Shown here: positions 8,141-17,902 of the stretch, piece by piece
How the letters are laid out: each line of letters begins with the position of its first letter
Numbering within the stretch: position 1 is the first letter of the stretch
Assembly (NCBI GenBank): GCA_020849855.1
Contig: JADZFO010000011.1
Coordinates: 7,318-71,317, forward strand
Reading direction: 5' to 3'
DNA: 64,000 nucleotides
From: a bacterium
Lineage (GTDB): Bacteria; 4484-113; JAFGCY01
Made by a program: the position numbers and the translations under genes
Notes under the pieces: generated by a model
What the model was told of the DNA's origin: nothing
The model's database searches: none
What the model saw: only the letters and a program-made list of their open reading frames with translations

Positions 8141-9560
8141 AGTAGCCGCCGCGGGATGAGCGGTTGTACTCGCTGAGGGTGTAGGTCAGCTCGCCGTCGC
8201 TGAAGCGGATCAGGCGGTGCGGCGCGCCCTTTTGCACCCACCACTCCCACTTCTGCTTGCCGATCTGGGCCTCGACGTGGTAGCAGGGTACCTTCTCGCC
8301 TTCGGCGGAAAGCTGGTTCTGCAGGCCCGCGGCGTTGATCACCAGCGGCGCGGAGCTGCGCTCCTCGGGCAGGGTGATATAGGCCTCGAAGGGCCACTGC
8401 TTGGCGCTGTAGTTCAGCAGGCGCATGATCAGCGGCATCTGCTGCACATCGAAGCTGAAGGGAAGGGCCCGCATGCGGTCATGCGAGGCCACATCGCCGG
8501 CGTCGCGGACGATGGTGACGCGGTCATAGAAGTACTCCACCCGCAGGTGCGGCACCGGCAGCAGGCCGTTGTCCTGGATCATGTCGCCTTCCTGCTGAGC
8601 CGCGCCGTCGGGCAGCTCGATGGCGTCGCGCTGGATCAGGCGCGGGCGCAGGCCTTCCAGGCTGGAGAGCACCTCTGTGCGGGCGGCCATGCCATAGTCC
8701 GTGGTGCGGGTCAGCACCACCAGGGCCTGGCCCTTCTCGTCCTTGCGGATCTGCACCGCCAGGCTCAGGCTGCCCTTAAGCTGGCCCCTGGCGTCCTGAA
8801 CCAGATAGAGGCTGTAGTCCTCCGGCAGTTCCTGGGAGAGCCAGTCGGTGGGGCGGTAGATTTCGCTGCCGGGCTTGATGCCCTCGCCCAGCTCGCCGCC
8901 GGGGGGATTGAGGAAGGGGTCCTCGCGGGTGCGGGCCAGCTTCCAGGTGCGCTCCTGCTCGGCGGTCCGGGGCCGCGGGCGGCGGATGGGCGTGGTGTCC
9001 TGGCCTTCTGCACCCTCAGCCCCGGCGTCCTGCGCTTCCTCGGCCTTGACCTCATCAAAGGTGGCGATGTCCAGGAACATGCCGCCGCTGTCGCTGCCGC
9101 CAGTGTTGCCATCGCCGCTGTTCTCATCCGGGGAGGCCGCGGCATTCTCTGGAGCCTGGCCCTCGTCCGAGGCAGCATCATCGCCTGGTACATCCGCAGG
9201 TGCATCCGCGGGTGCTTCACTGGGCGCCTCTGTGGAAGTTTCGGCAGGTGTCTCCGCCGGCTTCTCTTCCCCGCTGCCCTTGTCGTCCTTTTTGTCCGCG
9301 TCCTTCTTGTCAGCGTCCTTCTTGTCAGCGTCCTTTGCGTCGTCGCCCTTTTTGTCCGCATCCCGGGGCTTCTGCGGCCGCGGTTTGGGCGGGGTATCCC
9401 AGTCATCAAGGGCGCGGCCGGCCTGCGGCGCCAGGGCAAGGCAGATCAGTAGCAGCAGCGTGAAAAGGCGCAGCAGCACAGCGGCATAGCTGGCGCCGGG
9501 CCCTCGCCCGCCGCAATGCACCTGCTGCTTAACCCTCCGCATGTCCGCTGGCATCTCCAT
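8139..9560 (-). CDS. Exported hypothetical protein: acidic low-complexity N-region (DADKK repeats) plus C-terminal beta-rich domain (possibly DUF3108-like)
   Basis: Hydrophobic signal LLRLFTLLLLICLALAPQAGRA; 15-nt tandem unit at about 9289-9363; globular C-terminal ~230 aa. Start uncertain. Confidence 0.7.
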   Translation of the reverse strand: MEMPADMRRVKQQVHCGGRGPGASYAAVLLRLFTLLLLICLALAPQAGRALDDWDTPPKPRPQKPRDADKKGDDAKDADKKDADKKDADKKDDKGSGEEKPAETPAETSTEAPSEAPADAPADVPGDDAASDEGQAPENAAASPDENSGDGNTGGSDSGGMFLDIATFDEVKAEEAQDAGAEGAEGQDTTPIRRPRPRTAEQERTWKLARTREDPFLNPPGGELGEGIKPGSEIYRPTDWLSQELPEDYSLYLVQDARGQLKGSLSLAVQIRKDEKGQALVVLTRTTDYGMAARTEVLSSLEGLRPRLIQRDAIELPDGAAQQEGDMIQDNGLLPVPHLRVEYFYDRVTIVRDAGDVASHDRMRALPFSFDVQQMPLIMRLLNYSAKQWPFEAYITLPEERSSAPLVINAAGLQNQLSAEGEKVPCYHVEAQIGKQKWEWWVQKGAPHRLIRFSDGELTYTLSEYNRSSRGGY

Positions 9561-9623
9561 AGGACGCAGGAAACTATAGCGCGATTCAGCCCTGGCAGCC
9601 CGGTCTCAGTGCCGGGCGGGCTG

Positions 9624-10460
9624 TCAGGCTGTGCCGCTGCCGCGGCTAAGCAGCTCCTGCTCGCGCTGCTCTTCCATCTGCTTGTACTTGCGCAGGGTTA
9701 GGCGCAGCAGGGTCACGCCCTGGATAAAGCCCGCCACGCTGGCCGCCGTCAGCCCCGCCGTCGCATCGCCTGTGAAGTAGAACAGCGCCGCCATGCCGAG
9801 GCCATAGGCCAGTGTGGCCGGCAGCCAGACGATGTTGACCCGCAGCAGCACGTCCACCACCAGCATGAGCAGGATCGCCAGCACCCAGCCGGGGCCGAGG
9901 CTTTGCATGCCCCAGAGCGCCGGGCCGGAGAGCAGCGCGCCGCTGTCCACCTGCGCCGCCAGCACCCGCTGCAGGGTGGCCAGGAAGACGCCGCGGACAA
10001 AGAGCTCGCGGCCCAGGGGCTGGATCAGGGACAGGTTGATCAGGCCCCAGCTGACATAGCTGAGGGAGGGCGGCGCGCGCAGGATCGCCTCGTCCGCCGC
10101 GACAAGCTCGCCGACGCCGAAGAGGCGGCGGCCGAGGCCGCGGGCCAGCACCAGCCAGTACCACAGCACCGGGCCAAGGACCAGGCCCAGCAGCATGCGG
10201 CCGGGCAGGCCGGGGGCGGGGGGCGTGTTGTCCACAAGGCCCAGCACGCGCAACAGGACCGCCGCGCCAACGAAGTAAAGGGCGTTGGCCACGCCGGACC
10301 AGAAGGCGCAGATGATCAGGGCCAGGGGGCGCCGGCGCGCTTCAGCGCCGCGCACATAGCGCACGTTGATGATGTTCAGCAGGAGCTGCAGGACCAGATA
10401 GCCGGTCAGGGCCCAGCCGATCCCGGCCAGGGGGGCCAGTGGCGGGCCCGTCTCACTCAA
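9624..10460 (-). CDS. Multi-pass membrane protein, CPBP/Abi (CAAX protease)-like but with degenerate catalytic motifs
   Basis: About 7-8 TM segments; QPLGRELFVRG resembles the CPBP EExxFRG motif; GTGA overlap with the dxs stop. Confidence 0.6.
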   Translation of the reverse strand: MSETGPPLAPLAGIGWALTGYLVLQLLLNIINVRYVRGAEARRRPLALIICAFWSGVANALYFVGAAVLLRVLGLVDNTPPAPGLPGRMLLGLVLGPVLWYWLVLARGLGRRLFGVGELVAADEAILRAPPSLSYVSWGLINLSLIQPLGRELFVRGVFLATLQRVLAAQVDSGALLSGPALWGMQSLGPGWVLAILLMLVVDVLLRVNIVWLPATLAYGLGMAALFYFTGDATAGLTAASVAGFIQGVTLLRLTLRKYKQMEEQREQELLSRGSGTA

Positions 10461-12562
10461 CCGGAGACCACCTGCAGGCGTGAGCGCGGGTCTTCGTCAT
10501 CCCTGCCAGGCACGGCGCTGCGGGCGCTGACCACCAGCGCCCGCCGGGCCGCAGCGGCGATGCCGGCGCTGTCGAGGCCGTGGCGCGCGCGCAGCTCCTC
10601 CTGCGAGCCGTGCTCAATGAAGCGGTCTTCGATACCCACACGCACCAGGGCTATATCGCCCAGATGGCCGCTCTGCTCCAGCCATTCCAGCACGCCCGCG
10701 CCAAAGCCGCCGGCCAGGACGTTCTCCTCTGCAGTCACCAGCGCGCAGTGCGTGGATAGCAGCGCGGCAAGCAGGGTCTCGTCCAGGGGCTTGATGAAGC
10801 GCGCGTTGATGACGCTCAGCTGAGGCGCGCCGGCCTCGCCGGCCAGCAGCTCGGCCGCCTTCAGCGCCTCGCTGACCTGGTGCCCGACGGCCAGCACCGC
10901 CACGGACTTCTCGCGCGGGGCGCTGCTTTCACGCAGCACGCTCCACTGGCCGACATGCAGCAGCTCCGGGGTGTGCCGCATCGGCACGCCCAGGGCGTTG
11001 CCGCGCGGGAAGCGGAAGGCCACCGGGGCTTTCAGTTCCAGCGCGGTGAAGAGCATGCTGCGCAGCTCGTTCTCGTCCATCGGCGCCATCACGGTGAAGC
11101 CCGGGATCATGCGCAGATAGGACAGGTCGAAGATGCCCTGGTGGGTCTCGCCGTCCGCGCCGGCCAGGCCGCCGCGGTCGAGAGCGAAAACGACCGGCAG
11201 CTTCTGAATCGCCACGTCGTGGATCAGCTGGTCAATGGCGCGCTGCAGGAAGGTGGAGTAGATCGCGCAGACCGGCAGCTTGCCTTCCACGGCGAGGCCG
11301 CAGGCGAAGTTGACCGCGAACTCCTCGCAGATGCCGACATCGATGGTGCGCTCGGGATAAACGCGGCCGACCTTGTCCAGGCCGGTGCCGTCGGGCATGG
11401 CCGCGGTGATGGCGATGACCTCCGGGCGCTGGCGCATCTGTTCGATCAGCGCCTCGGCGAAGATCTGGGTGTAGGTCTTGGTGGAGGCGGGCTTGCTGGC
11501 GGCGCGGCCGGCAAGCTTGTCCTTCTCCTCGCTGGCCTGGAGCGGGGCGCACTGGGTCTTGAGCTTCTCCAGGCGCTCGCGCTCGGACTTCTCCAGCTCC
11601 GGCGCGATGGAGCGCGGCTTGGCCGCGTGCCAGGTGTAGGGGTCGGCCTCCGCCGGGGCGAAGCCGTGGCCCTTTTCCGTGCGCACATGGATCAGCAGCG
11701 GGCTGCCGTCCGGCTCGGCCGGCCAGGACTTGATCATGCGGAAGAGGTCGACGAGGCCGCCGATGTTGTGGCCGTCGAAGGGGCCGTAATAGTTGAAGCC
11801 CAGCAGGTCGAAGACAGCGCCCTGCGCGCCGGGCAGCCAGAAATAGTGCAGGGCCTTCTTGACCTTGTCATAGAAGTTGCGGCCGTGCTGGCGCAGCAGG
11901 GGCACACGGCCCGAGATCTTCTTGAGCGTGCGGTTGAGGCGGTGCATGTCCGGGCGCAGCTTGAGCTTGCTGAGATAGCGGCTCATCGCGCCGACGTTGG
12001 GGGCGATGGACATGCCGTTGTCGTTGAGGATCACCAGCAGGCGGCCCTGGGTCAGGCCGGAGTTGTTCAGGCCGGCCAGGCTGACGCCGCCGGTCATGGC
12101 GCCGTCGCCCACTACGGCCACGACCCAGCCGGGGTGGTCCCAGCCGCGGGCGGCCGAAAGGCCCAGCGCCGCAGGCAGGGCGGTGGAGGCATGGCCGGCG
12201 CCCCAGACATCGTGCTCTGATTCGTCGCGGCGCAGGAAGCCGGAGAGGCCGTCCAGCATACGCAGGCTGGCGAAGTCGTCGCGGCGGCCGGTGAGGATCT
12301 TGTGCGGGTAGCCCTGGTGTCCGGTGTCGAAGACCAGCGCGTCGGTGGGGCTGTCAAAGACATAGTGCAGGGCGATGGTCAGGTCGATCACGCCGAGGTT
12401 CGCGCCGAAGTGGCCGCCGGTTTCGTCCAGCGTGGCCAGCAGGAAGCGCCGCATCTCATCGGCCAGCTGCGGCAGCTCCCGCCGCGAGAGCTGCTTGAGC
12501 TCGGCAGGCGTGTTGACACGGGCCAGCAGGCTCAGCCCCAGTTCATCGACCAGTCGGGTCAT
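10457..12562 (-). CDS. dxs: 1-deoxy-D-xylulose-5-phosphate synthase
   Basis: GGHFGANLG, DTGHQGYPHKILTGR, GDGAMTGG TPP motif, ILNDNGMSIAPNVG, AIYSTFLQRAIDQLIHDV, DGETHQG. Start MTRLVDELG. Confidence 0.97.
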   Translation of the reverse strand: MTRLVDELGLSLLARVNTPAELKQLSRRELPQLADEMRRFLLATLDETGGHFGANLGVIDLTIALHYVFDSPTDALVFDTGHQGYPHKILTGRRDDFASLRMLDGLSGFLRRDESEHDVWGAGHASTALPAALGLSAARGWDHPGWVVAVVGDGAMTGGVSLAGLNNSGLTQGRLLVILNDNGMSIAPNVGAMSRYLSKLKLRPDMHRLNRTLKKISGRVPLLRQHGRNFYDKVKKALHYFWLPGAQGAVFDLLGFNYYGPFDGHNIGGLVDLFRMIKSWPAEPDGSPLLIHVRTEKGHGFAPAEADPYTWHAAKPRSIAPELEKSERERLEKLKTQCAPLQASEEKDKLAGRAASKPASTKTYTQIFAEALIEQMRQRPEVIAITAAMPDGTGLDKVGRVYPERTIDVGICEEFAVNFACGLAVEGKLPVCAIYSTFLQRAIDQLIHDVAIQKLPVVFALDRGGLAGADGETHQGIFDLSYLRMIPGFTVMAPMDENELRSMLFTALELKAPVAFRFPRGNALGVPMRHTPELLHVGQWSVLRESSAPREKSVAVLAVGHQVSEALKAAELLAGEAGAPQLSVINARFIKPLDETLLAALLSTHCALVTAEENVLAGGFGAGVLEWLEQSGHLGDIALVRVGIEDRFIEHGSQEELRARHGLDSAGIAAAARRALVVSARSAVPGRDDEDPRSRLQVVSG

Positions 12563-12602
12563 GGACCTGTAACTGTACCACCGCATTCAAGCGCTGCATT
12601 TC

Positions 12603-14714
12603 TTAATCCCAGCGCAGGAAACTGACCGTGCCCACGCCAAAAAATGTGTCGACTCCCGCGATTGAGGCATCACCGCCGCAGACCAGCAGGCTGCTGATTG
12701 AGTCTTCCGAGCCAATCTCGGCCGTCTCCGACCAGCTGTTGGCGAAGGTGTCAAAGCTGTGCAGGTAATAAATCAACTGACCATCATTGAACACGAGCGC
12801 CGGAGTTCCGTTGACGATGGCCGAACTGATCTCATTTGCGCCAAAGGATGCTTCGGCCACGCGCTGGGGCTGATTCCAGTTCAGAAGCAGGGGGTTGTTG
12901 GAGGAGATCTTTTTCATGCCCGGGTCGGTTTCATCCTCATAGACAATGAGCAGAGGACCGGACTCCGACGCGAGGAAGATGTGCGAATCGCCGCCAACAG
13001 CGCCGACGGAGTCAAGCACCTGGCGACTGCCCCAGGCGCTGCCGTCGGCATCCGTAGCCTCGATGAACAGGAGGTCCTGATCTGTCTGGTGCGTGTAGGA
13101 GATCACCGGGCGGTCGCCGAGCGGGAAAAGGCACTGGTTGAGTCCGACCAGGCCGTCGCTGTCCAGCACCTGATGCGCCGGCCAGGCCAGGCCGGATGCG
13201 TCATTGGAGCGGATATAGCGCAGCTCATCACTGCTGAGGCTCAGGTAGGCTATGGCCGGCCGGCCGTTGATGACCCGCAGACTGGGCCGGTAGCCCGTCT
13301 GGCCGGTGCTGTCCAGCGTAAGCGGTGCGGCCCAGACGCTTCCCGTGCTGGTGGTCGCGCGGACGTAGTTGAGGTCGAAGCTGCTCAGGTTGCAGAAACT
13401 TATGGCCGGCACGCCGTTCACGACTTCCAGATCAATGTCGCCAGGCTCCACGCCGCCCGCGGCGGTGACCTGCGCGCCCCAGGTCTGGCCCAGGGGGTCG
13501 AGCGCCCGGATATAGATCAGCATGTTCTGATCATTGTCGGCGTATACCAGCGCCGGATTGCCCTGTACCATCGCCAGCTCGACGCTGTTAAGCTGGCCGC
13601 TGGTCGCTACTGTCTGCGGGGCGACAGAGACCCTGACTTTTGAGCTGTCGAGGGCTTGATTCCCCGCGCTGTCGGTCACGCGCAGGCCCAGAGTGAAGTC
13701 GCCGATGTAAGGATACAGATGCTGCACCTGCGGCTGCTGGCTGCTGCTGTCCCAGCTCCCATCACCGTTGAAGTCCCATTCATAAAGAACGATGCTGTCA
13801 CCGGGGTCGCCGCCGGCATTGCTGTTATCTGCATCGGTATTCAGCGTATAGGGAGCAAAGCCGCCCAGGCTGATGCTGTCACTGATCACCGCCTCGGGCG
13901 GGTTGTTGCCCGGCAGGGTCACATTGATTTCCACACTGGCGCTGGCGCGCTCGCCCTCGCTGTCCTCCACCGCCACCGTTGCGTTGAAGATCCCGGGCAG
14001 TTGATAGACATGGCTGAATACTGGTTCGAAGGTGGTCAGCTCAAAGCCGCCGTCACCTTCAAAGTCCCAGAGATAGCGCTCGATGCCGCCTTCGGGGTCC
14101 GCGCTGCCGCTGGCATCAAACTGCACCGCCAGAGGCGCGTCGCCGCCGGCTATGTCGGCCTGCAGGTCCGCGCTGGGCGCGGCATTGCTGTGGAAGGCGA
14201 GCAGCTTCAGCCGGCTGATGTCCGCGCTGGCGCCGCCGCTGGCCAGGGCGGCGGCATACATCAGGCCGCCGGGGGAGCTGTGGCGCAGGGGGTCAAGCTG
14301 CAGCACGGCCCCGGTACCGCCAGGCGCCAGCAGCTCCCAGCGTCCGCTGCTGAAGTCAGCCAGAGCCAGATGGACTTCGCCTGCTGCAACACTTGCGCTT
14401 AGATCAAAGTCCAGATAGCGCAGCTCATCCTGCGCGGGCAGCTCCCAGATGGCCCAGGCCAGTTCGCCTTCGGCGGAACTCAGGGTCAGCAGCGATCCAT
14501 CAGCGCTGGCCAGAGGGCTGCGGCTGAAGGTCTGCGAGCCGTCCAGCTCAGTACTCAGCAGGCCGCCAGCGCGGCGGCCCGCAGGCAGATCCGGCAGGCC
14601 GGCCGGGTCAGCGGCGGTCCCCATGGCCTGCTGAGCACCCTCGCCGGGCTCGGCACTGCAGGCCACACAGGCCAGGCAGAGCAGCACAAGAAGAATCAGC
14701 GGCAGGGCTTTCAT
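12603..14714 (-). CDS. Lipoprotein: shared N-terminal module, two PKD domains, C-terminal beta-propeller-like repeats
   Basis: Lipobox CVAC; PKD signatures FDASGSADPEGGIERYLWDFEGDG and IVLYEWDFNGDG; repeats such as VNGVPAISF, INGRPAIAY. SD GGAG before MKALP. Confidence 0.85.
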   Translation of the reverse strand: MKALPLILLVLLCLACVACSAEPGEGAQQAMGTAADPAGLPDLPAGRRAGGLLSTELDGSQTFSRSPLASADGSLLTLSSAEGELAWAIWELPAQDELRYLDFDLSASVAAGEVHLALADFSSGRWELLAPGGTGAVLQLDPLRHSSPGGLMYAAALASGGASADISRLKLLAFHSNAAPSADLQADIAGGDAPLAVQFDASGSADPEGGIERYLWDFEGDGGFELTTFEPVFSHVYQLPGIFNATVAVEDSEGERASASVEINVTLPGNNPPEAVISDSISLGGFAPYTLNTDADNSNAGGDPGDSIVLYEWDFNGDGSWDSSSQQPQVQHLYPYIGDFTLGLRVTDSAGNQALDSSKVRVSVAPQTVATSGQLNSVELAMVQGNPALVYADNDQNMLIYIRALDPLGQTWGAQVTAAGGVEPGDIDLEVVNGVPAISFCNLSSFDLNYVRATTSTGSVWAAPLTLDSTGQTGYRPSLRVINGRPAIAYLSLSSDELRYIRSNDASGLAWPAHQVLDSDGLVGLNQCLFPLGDRPVISYTHQTDQDLLFIEATDADGSAWGSRQVLDSVGAVGGDSHIFLASESGPLLIVYEDETDPGMKKISSNNPLLLNWNQPQRVAEASFGANEISSAIVNGTPALVFNDGQLIYYLHSFDTFANSWSETAEIGSEDSISSLLVCGGDASIAGVDTFFGVGTVSFLRWD

Positions 14715-14953
14715 GTTGCGCTCCGGTCCAGATCTGAACAGGTGGATTCTAACCCGCTGCAATGCGGATTCACGAAAGCGCAGCGGAATCGCGGCACTTG
14801 AGGCCTGCAAAAGCCGGCGTGAACGCAGCGCAGGCTTGAAACGACTTAAAGTACAATGGCGGACTCAGGCGGAATATGCGGATAAGGGGACTTCGGGGCA
14901 ACGCGCCGCTGCGTGGCTGCGCCCTGAACACAGCTGGGCGGGCGCTGCGGACC

Positions 14954-17842
14954 ATGGGGTGCGCGGCATTTTCACGCGGCATCGCCCTGCTGCTGGCGGC
15001 CCTGCTGGGCCTGCCTCTGCTGAGCCTGCCCGCCGCGGCTGTGGAATGGCAGAACTACCTTGAGGATGACTTCGAATCCAGCGAAAGCATGTTCTATACC
15101 GGCCAGGCCGGTGAAGCCCAGTACAGCATTGATGAGGAAGAAGGCCGTTATGTGATCGACGGCCTCGAGAGCGGCTCGGACAGCCTGTCGGCCCTGACCG
15201 ACAGCATGTATTACTACTACGTACAGTCCGAGTGCCAGGTGCTGGAGAGCACCGCCGGCGATCTGGCCTTCTGCGGCATCGTCTTCCACTACCACAAGCT
15301 GGGTGACGGCCGCCTGGCCTACTATGTCTTTTATACCTATGGCGACGGCTACTACGGCGCCAAGCGCGTCATCGGCACGGATGTTGAGATCCTGCTGCCG
15401 CTGAAGAAGACCGACCTGTTCAACCCTGACGGTTACAGCAACACCCTGGCGGTGGACGCCCAGGGCACGCGCTTCAACCTATACATCAACGGCGACTATG
15501 TTGATGGTTTCACCGACATGCAGGTTGACGGCGGCGGCTTTGGCTTCTATGTCTCCAAGAACAGCCGGGGCTCCTTCGACAACTTTAAGGTCAAGACCGA
15601 GAAGCGCGGCGGCTCCAAGCGCGATGAGGATGAACCCTCGGTGGCCGACGACGGCGCCGAGGACGAAGGCCCGGGCCGCCCTGCGCGCGGCTACTTCGGC
15701 GGCTATGAGCCACCGGAGATTCCCAAAGACCCCGAGCGCCCGCTGTACCCCTGGGAAGTCGGCTACGACAAGAGCTACCGCAAGAAAGTGCAGGACGCAA
15801 AGGAGCGCGAGGGCGAAGATGGCCGGGGCGCAGACCCTGACGACGCTGATTACATCCCGGACGAGAGCCCGATAAAGCCGGTGCCCGAGGATGAAGACAG
15901 CGCGGAGCCGGACGAAGAAGACAAGGACAAGAGCGAGAAGCGCAGCGCCCGGCCCGAGAAGAAGCCCCGCAAAGAAACGGACGAGAAGCGCAGCGACAGC
16001 CCGGACAAGCCCGCGGGCCGCGAGCTGCCGGAGTCTGGCGATCCCCCTGCCGAGCAGGATGAGGAGCCTTCCGGCCGCAAGGCCAAAGGCGGGCGTCTGA
16101 AGCCCACCGACGGCTTCCGGGAAACCGGCGGGCCGCTGGCCCCGGCCGAGGGGATGCCCGAGAGCACCCGGCAGGTGCGCCCGCCCCAGAAGGGTGACAA
16201 GGCCCCCGCCGAGCTGCAGGATGAGCAGGCGCAGGACGAGGAAACGCAGAGCGATGAAGACGCAGGCCTGGAGCTGCCCTCGGAGTCAGGCGACAGCGCT
16301 GCGGACGGGGATGCAGAGGCGGGCGCAGAGGACGAGGCCAGCCTGAGCAGTCCGCTGGCTGCCGAGGGTGGCCAGCCGATGGTGCGCCCTGAGCCGCATG
16401 CCGGCGGGGAAGCCGAGGGGGCGGAGTCGCCGGATAAAAGTGCTTCGGATGCTGAGGCCGCTGGCGAAGATGCAGGCGCGGCTGAGGCTGAGCCTACGGA
16501 TGAAGCAGAGCAGCAGCTGGAGATGAAGCCGGAGCTGCCCAGCCGCGGCAAGCCCAAGGGCAAGGATAAAGGCAAGCCCAAGGGCAAGCAGAAGGGCCGC
16601 GCGAAGGAAAAGGGCAGCGCGGGCAAGGGCGCCGGAGACAAGCAGGCTGCTGAGCCGGAGAAGACCAGCCAGGCGGCCGACGACAGCGCAAAGGCTGAAG
16701 AAACAGCGCCTGCGGACAAGAACGAAAAACCCGCAGAGAACGCTTCCCGCCAGAGCCGCCAGGGTCTGAAGACCGGCGGCGACGACTGGGACAGTGGCAA
16801 TGCCAGGACAGTGCCCGCTGAGCAACTGCGCCCGAAGCAGAAGCAGCAGGACAAGAAGCAGGAAGAGCCGGTTGACGAGAACGCCGGCGAGTCCCGCCCG
16901 CCCGCGGCGGATGAAGAGCCCGCAAAGCAGGCTGATGCAGCACAGCCGGATGAAGCAGGCAGCGAAGAGACTGCGCTGCAGGAACTGGCGGAAGCTCAGC
17001 CGGAGGCGGATGCCGAGGGCCTCGACGGCTTTGCCGGACAGCAACAGGACCTGGGCCTGCCGGATAGCAGCGGCGAAGGCAGCAACAGCCTGGAAACTGA
17101 TTCAGCTTCTGAAAGTGAGATGCCCGCGGATGAGGCAGCCCTGCTGACAGATGAAGCGGCGGACGCTGGCGGGACGGAAAGCGCTGGCGCGGATGACCCG
17201 CTGCAGAAGCAGGCGCGGCCGCCGGCGCGGGAGCTGCCCGGCGAGCAGCCGGAGCTGGAGAGCGGCGCCATGAAGCACTCCCTGCTGCTGGATTATGTGA
17301 ATGTCTCGACCGTGCAGGACGACTTCAGCCAGCAGCGCTGGCCGGTCGCCGATAACGACAGCTCGGCCTATCGCTACAGCGACGGCGCCTATGAGCTGGA
17401 TAACCTGGCGGCGCAGACCATGGCGATCTCCTACCAGCAGGACAGCTTTGTGGACTGCGAGCTGAGCTGCGATGTGAGCTTCCTGGGCGGCGAGACCGCC
17501 GTGGGCTATGGCCTGGCCGGGCGCTTCATGCTTGAGGAAGGCGCGGTCAGCTATTACGCGCTGTTTGTCTCCTCCTCCGGCGAAGTGCTGTTGCTGAAGG
17601 TGCTGCGCGGCGAGGAAATCGTGCTCAGCGACTGGCAGCCCTGCCCTGCCCTGCTGCAGGGGGAGGCCAACCGCCTGAGCCTGGAGCTGGTGGGCAACAC
17701 GATCCGCGCCAGTGTGAACGGCGAGCTGGCCCTGCAGGTTGAGGACGGGGATATCTCCGTCGGCGGCTATGCCCTGCTGGCCGGTCCCGGAGTGGCGGCG
17801 AGCTATGACAACCTGCTGCTGCGTGGCGTGCGGGCGCAGTAG
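14954..17842 (+). CDS. Large secreted protein: two DUF1080/ConA-like beta-sandwich domains joined by a ~600-aa acidic disordered linker
   Basis: Signal LLLAALLGLPLLSLPAAA; terminal domains share DDF...Y...G.Y...YY.F...G...N.L.....G......+NG...D....GG...+DN. Start could be 14876. Confidence 0.75.
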   Translation: MGCAAFSRGIALLLAALLGLPLLSLPAAAVEWQNYLEDDFESSESMFYTGQAGEAQYSIDEEEGRYVIDGLESGSDSLSALTDSMYYYYVQSECQVLESTAGDLAFCGIVFHYHKLGDGRLAYYVFYTYGDGYYGAKRVIGTDVEILLPLKKTDLFNPDGYSNTLAVDAQGTRFNLYINGDYVDGFTDMQVDGGGFGFYVSKNSRGSFDNFKVKTEKRGGSKRDEDEPSVADDGAEDEGPGRPARGYFGGYEPPEIPKDPERPLYPWEVGYDKSYRKKVQDAKEREGEDGRGADPDDADYIPDESPIKPVPEDEDSAEPDEEDKDKSEKRSARPEKKPRKETDEKRSDSPDKPAGRELPESGDPPAEQDEEPSGRKAKGGRLKPTDGFRETGGPLAPAEGMPESTRQVRPPQKGDKAPAELQDEQAQDEETQSDEDAGLELPSESGDSAADGDAEAGAEDEASLSSPLAAEGGQPMVRPEPHAGGEAEGAESPDKSASDAEAAGEDAGAAEAEPTDEAEQQLEMKPELPSRGKPKGKDKGKPKGKQKGRAKEKGSAGKGAGDKQAAEPEKTSQAADDSAKAEETAPADKNEKPAENASRQSRQGLKTGGDDWDSGNARTVPAEQLRPKQKQQDKKQEEPVDENAGESRPPAADEEPAKQADAAQPDEAGSEETALQELAEAQPEADAEGLDGFAGQQQDLGLPDSSGEGSNSLETDSASESEMPADEAALLTDEAADAGGTESAGADDPLQKQARPPARELPGEQPELESGAMKHSLLLDYVNVSTVQDDFSQQRWPVADNDSSAYRYSDGAYELDNLAAQTMAISYQQDSFVDCELSCDVSFLGGETAVGYGLAGRFMLEEGAVSYYALFVSSSGEVLLLKVLRGEEIVLSDWQPCPALLQGEANRLSLELVGNTIRASVNGELALQVEDGDISVGGYALLAGPGVAASYDNLLLRGVRAQ

Positions 17843-17902
17843 CAGCCCGCGCGGGAGCTGAAGCCGAGCTGGTAAACAGACAGTGAGGACGCAGAGTTCC
17901 GC

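Noticed and set aside
9289-9363. 15-nt tandem repeat (DADKK) as a functional DNA repeat
   Set aside because: In-frame low-complexity coding repeat only.
1-12562. ispG and dxs as an MEP-pathway cluster
   Set aside because: They are 9.5 kb apart, on opposite strands, with unrelated genes between.
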